From positions 1 through 10,316 of the forward strand of contig CBDDTI010000583.1 of assembly GCA_965233585.1 (NCBI GenBank): a stretch of 10,316 nucleotides of DNA, read 5' to 3'. A program made the position numbers and the translations under genes. Of this stretch, positions 8,119-10,316 are shown in pieces. Each line of letters starts with the position of its first letter. Position 1 is the first letter of the stretch. The stretch is from a bacterium (GTDB taxonomy: Bacteria > SAR324 > NAC60-12). The notes below the pieces were generated by a model. The model was given only the letters and a program-made list of their open reading frames with translations. It did no database searches and was not told the DNA's origin.

Positions 8119-9468
8119 AGTGAATAGAGGACACAAGGAAAGGGGGCAAAACTTCGCTGTCTTTCGCTCAACCTCGTTTCCAAGATCCGGGATGTAAGAA
8201 GAGCCTGGGAATGAGAACAGCGCACATCCTGCTAAAGGATAGTTCAGTGTGTCACAAATGCGTTTATAGGAGGCGACTTGAATTAATGAAGCGTCTTTCT
8301 GCGGCGCTGTTTTCTCTTGGCATTTTATGCCAAGATGAGCGTCAACTTTCTCCTTACTGTTATCGATACATTTCTTTAATTCTCCTAAGGAGAATTTGGT
8401 TGGGCAGTAAGTTGTTATGTGATCGTCCAATTAATTACTTGCCAATTTATTGTAATTTATTATAGGAAGGTTTGGAGAAGTTGGTATTTGATTACCGATG
8501 GCAATCAGTAATTTTTTTTTCGTTGGTGAGATGTCAAACGAAAGTGGACGCCTTTTGAGTGAACAATGCTTAGGTTTCACTCTTGTCTTGCCATTCCCGG
8601 CTGGTTTGGGTTTGAGCCGCCAGACTAGTACACGGCGAAAGCTTATTCAGGAAAAATTGTTTTTGAAAAATTTATTGGACTTAGCGTCGTAAATCCGACA
8701 GGATTCTAAAGTTGTTGTATCAATGTTCCCAGAAGTACTCGTGCAGAATTCTTTTCATAATCCATCGCTTTTGTCCCGTAAGAAAAAAGAATTGTAAATA
8801 GATTTAGATTTAATGTTCTTCTTTATGAGATGAACGTCTGTACCACGCGAAAAGAAATATTTTCGTGTAGTTTCGTTCTTTCCTCTTATGACTGCCTTGT
8901 AGAATTTTCCTGGAAGTATTGCTGCATCCACAACAAAGTTCGAAAGAGTTTTAAAAATTATTTTTATTTAAGCTGGGCGACAAAACAAACGTGACTGTTT
9001 TTGCGTCCCACTTCTTGCACTCTTAGAGTCAATGATTCGAGCCAGACATTTTATTCTGATGACGCATTACTACATGTTAGGGAAGCATGCGTTAAATCTC
9101 TTTTTATATTGTAATATTAATTCTCAGTTCAGATTCTTTGGTCAACATGTATGTGATGCGCTCATTGCTGTGGTCGGTAATTAAGCAGTCATTTTCTGTT
9201 CTAGGAAATATGAGAGTATTTTTCGCGTAGGGGAATCGTTGGTAACGTGGGAGGGAATCTTGTTAACTGTAAGCGTGTCTCAAATTGTCAAGAAATTCAG
9301 GTCTTGTACATGTGCAAATGTTTAAGGTAATTTTTAATTTTAAGAATTAATTATGTTCGGGGAAAATAATTTTAAGAAAATAGTGTCTTCAACCAAGGCC
9401 CGTGTATGATGTATCTTAAAAATATAACTACAAAAAATCTGACGCAGTCAAGTCAATATAATGCTATA

Positions 9469-10168
9469 GCTATAGTGTGCCTTGTGATGGGACTTCATCC
9501 TTGGTACGCAGGCCTATTCTTGTTCGGTACCGCTTTATGATGTTAACACAAGACAGTTTAACCGCAAACTTGAAATCTTTGGTAAAAAGGGTATACAGAG
9601 TGTGTGCAGGTGACGTCATCAAATTCTCAAATCAAAAACTAAAGAGCGAGTAAAGGTTTTAACCTCATCACTCATGAGGGGTACTAAATTTATATCTGTT
9701 TACATCTTCCCAGCTCAATAGCGTCTGTTTGAACACCCGCGCGTTTTGAATTTCGAAGTTATAGCGGCGAGTGAAATAAAGCTAAGATTGCGTTTGTCAA
9801 AAAATATACACTTATCTCGTGATTTTTAGACATTTTAGGAGTTAAAATATATGGAAAAGTGCTTGTGTAACTGATGTTTTTTTTGGCTCGGTTCAGTAAA
9901 CCAGTCGACTAGATAGCCAAAGTAAGTTCCAGATGTTTAAACCGTTTCACGGCCGCCATATTGGAGGACCAAGGAGGTAATCCAACATGGCGGCTCCATA
10001 CTAAGCTCTATAATTTTGCGCGGAACATTTCGACGAATATCTCAACTTTGGGTCAACCTTGGAGAACTGTTTTCCTTTTTTATCTTCTACAAAATCACAG
10101 TTTCTTGACTTTATCCACTTCAAGGTTTTTGATTTTATTTTTTGTTGCGTGACAATGCACACTATAGC
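9469..10168. mobile_element. Putative ~700-bp non-autonomous TIR element downstream of the gene (left boundary uncertain, 9469 or ~9593)
   Basis: GCTATAGTGTGCCTTGTGA (9469-9487) is 17/19 inverted to 10150-10168; internal inverted pair GCCGCCATATTGG / CCAACATGGCGGC (9952-9994); no clear TSD. Confidence 0.5.
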
Positions 10169-10255
10169 ATGTAGGTCTGTGGAACTGCTCTAAGGCTGAC
10201 GCACAATGCGGATTTCTTCCACATTCCAGGACATCCCTGCCTGTTGAAGGTGGGT

Positions 10256-10288
10256 AATCTCGTTCACAAGAGATCTGGGAACGAGATT
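10256..10288. mobile_element. 33-bp palindromic mini-element with 8-bp direct repeats
   Basis: AATCTCGTTCACA-AGAGATC-TGGGAACGAGATT (arms 12/13), flanked by AGGTGGGT at 10248-10255 and 10289-10296. Confidence 0.8.
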
Positions 10289-10316
10289 AGGTGGGTTGAA
10301 GCTTGTACTGGGTGTG

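Noticed and set aside
3333..8430. Minus-strand ORFs (3333-3521, 4244-4567, 4916-5188, 6555-7025, 6910-7128, 8059-8430)
   Set aside because: Antisense shadows of exons or repeats, with no recognisable domains or splice logic.

Overview
Eukaryotic (animal) genomic DNA, not a prokaryotic locus. The + strand carries the last seven coding exons of a Kinase Suppressor of Ras (KSR; RAF-related TKL kinase/scaffold) gene: 502-594/600, 2277-2374, 3330-3503, 4094-4193, 4902-5173, 6813-6942 and 7960-8118 (TGA). They splice in frame into a complete kinase domain (GSGRFG, VAVK, RKTRH, HTDLRSKN, DFG, APE) plus a C-terminal 14-3-3 motif (RSPSQP). One intron needs a GC donor. The kinase keeps the beta3 Lys but has Gln in place of the alphaC Glu and an HTD catalytic loop. 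Introns and the 3' flank hold small non-autonomous elements (a truncated RTE-like LINE end with a 13-bp TSD, several TIR elements including one of 33 bp, a tRNA-type SINE) and three tandem repeats (2x41, 3x49, 8x64 bp). The 49-bp unit carries an E2F and an ETS motif. The repeat landscape suggests an anthozoan/stony coral, which is inference only. No CRISPR array or clearly new multi-gene system is supported.
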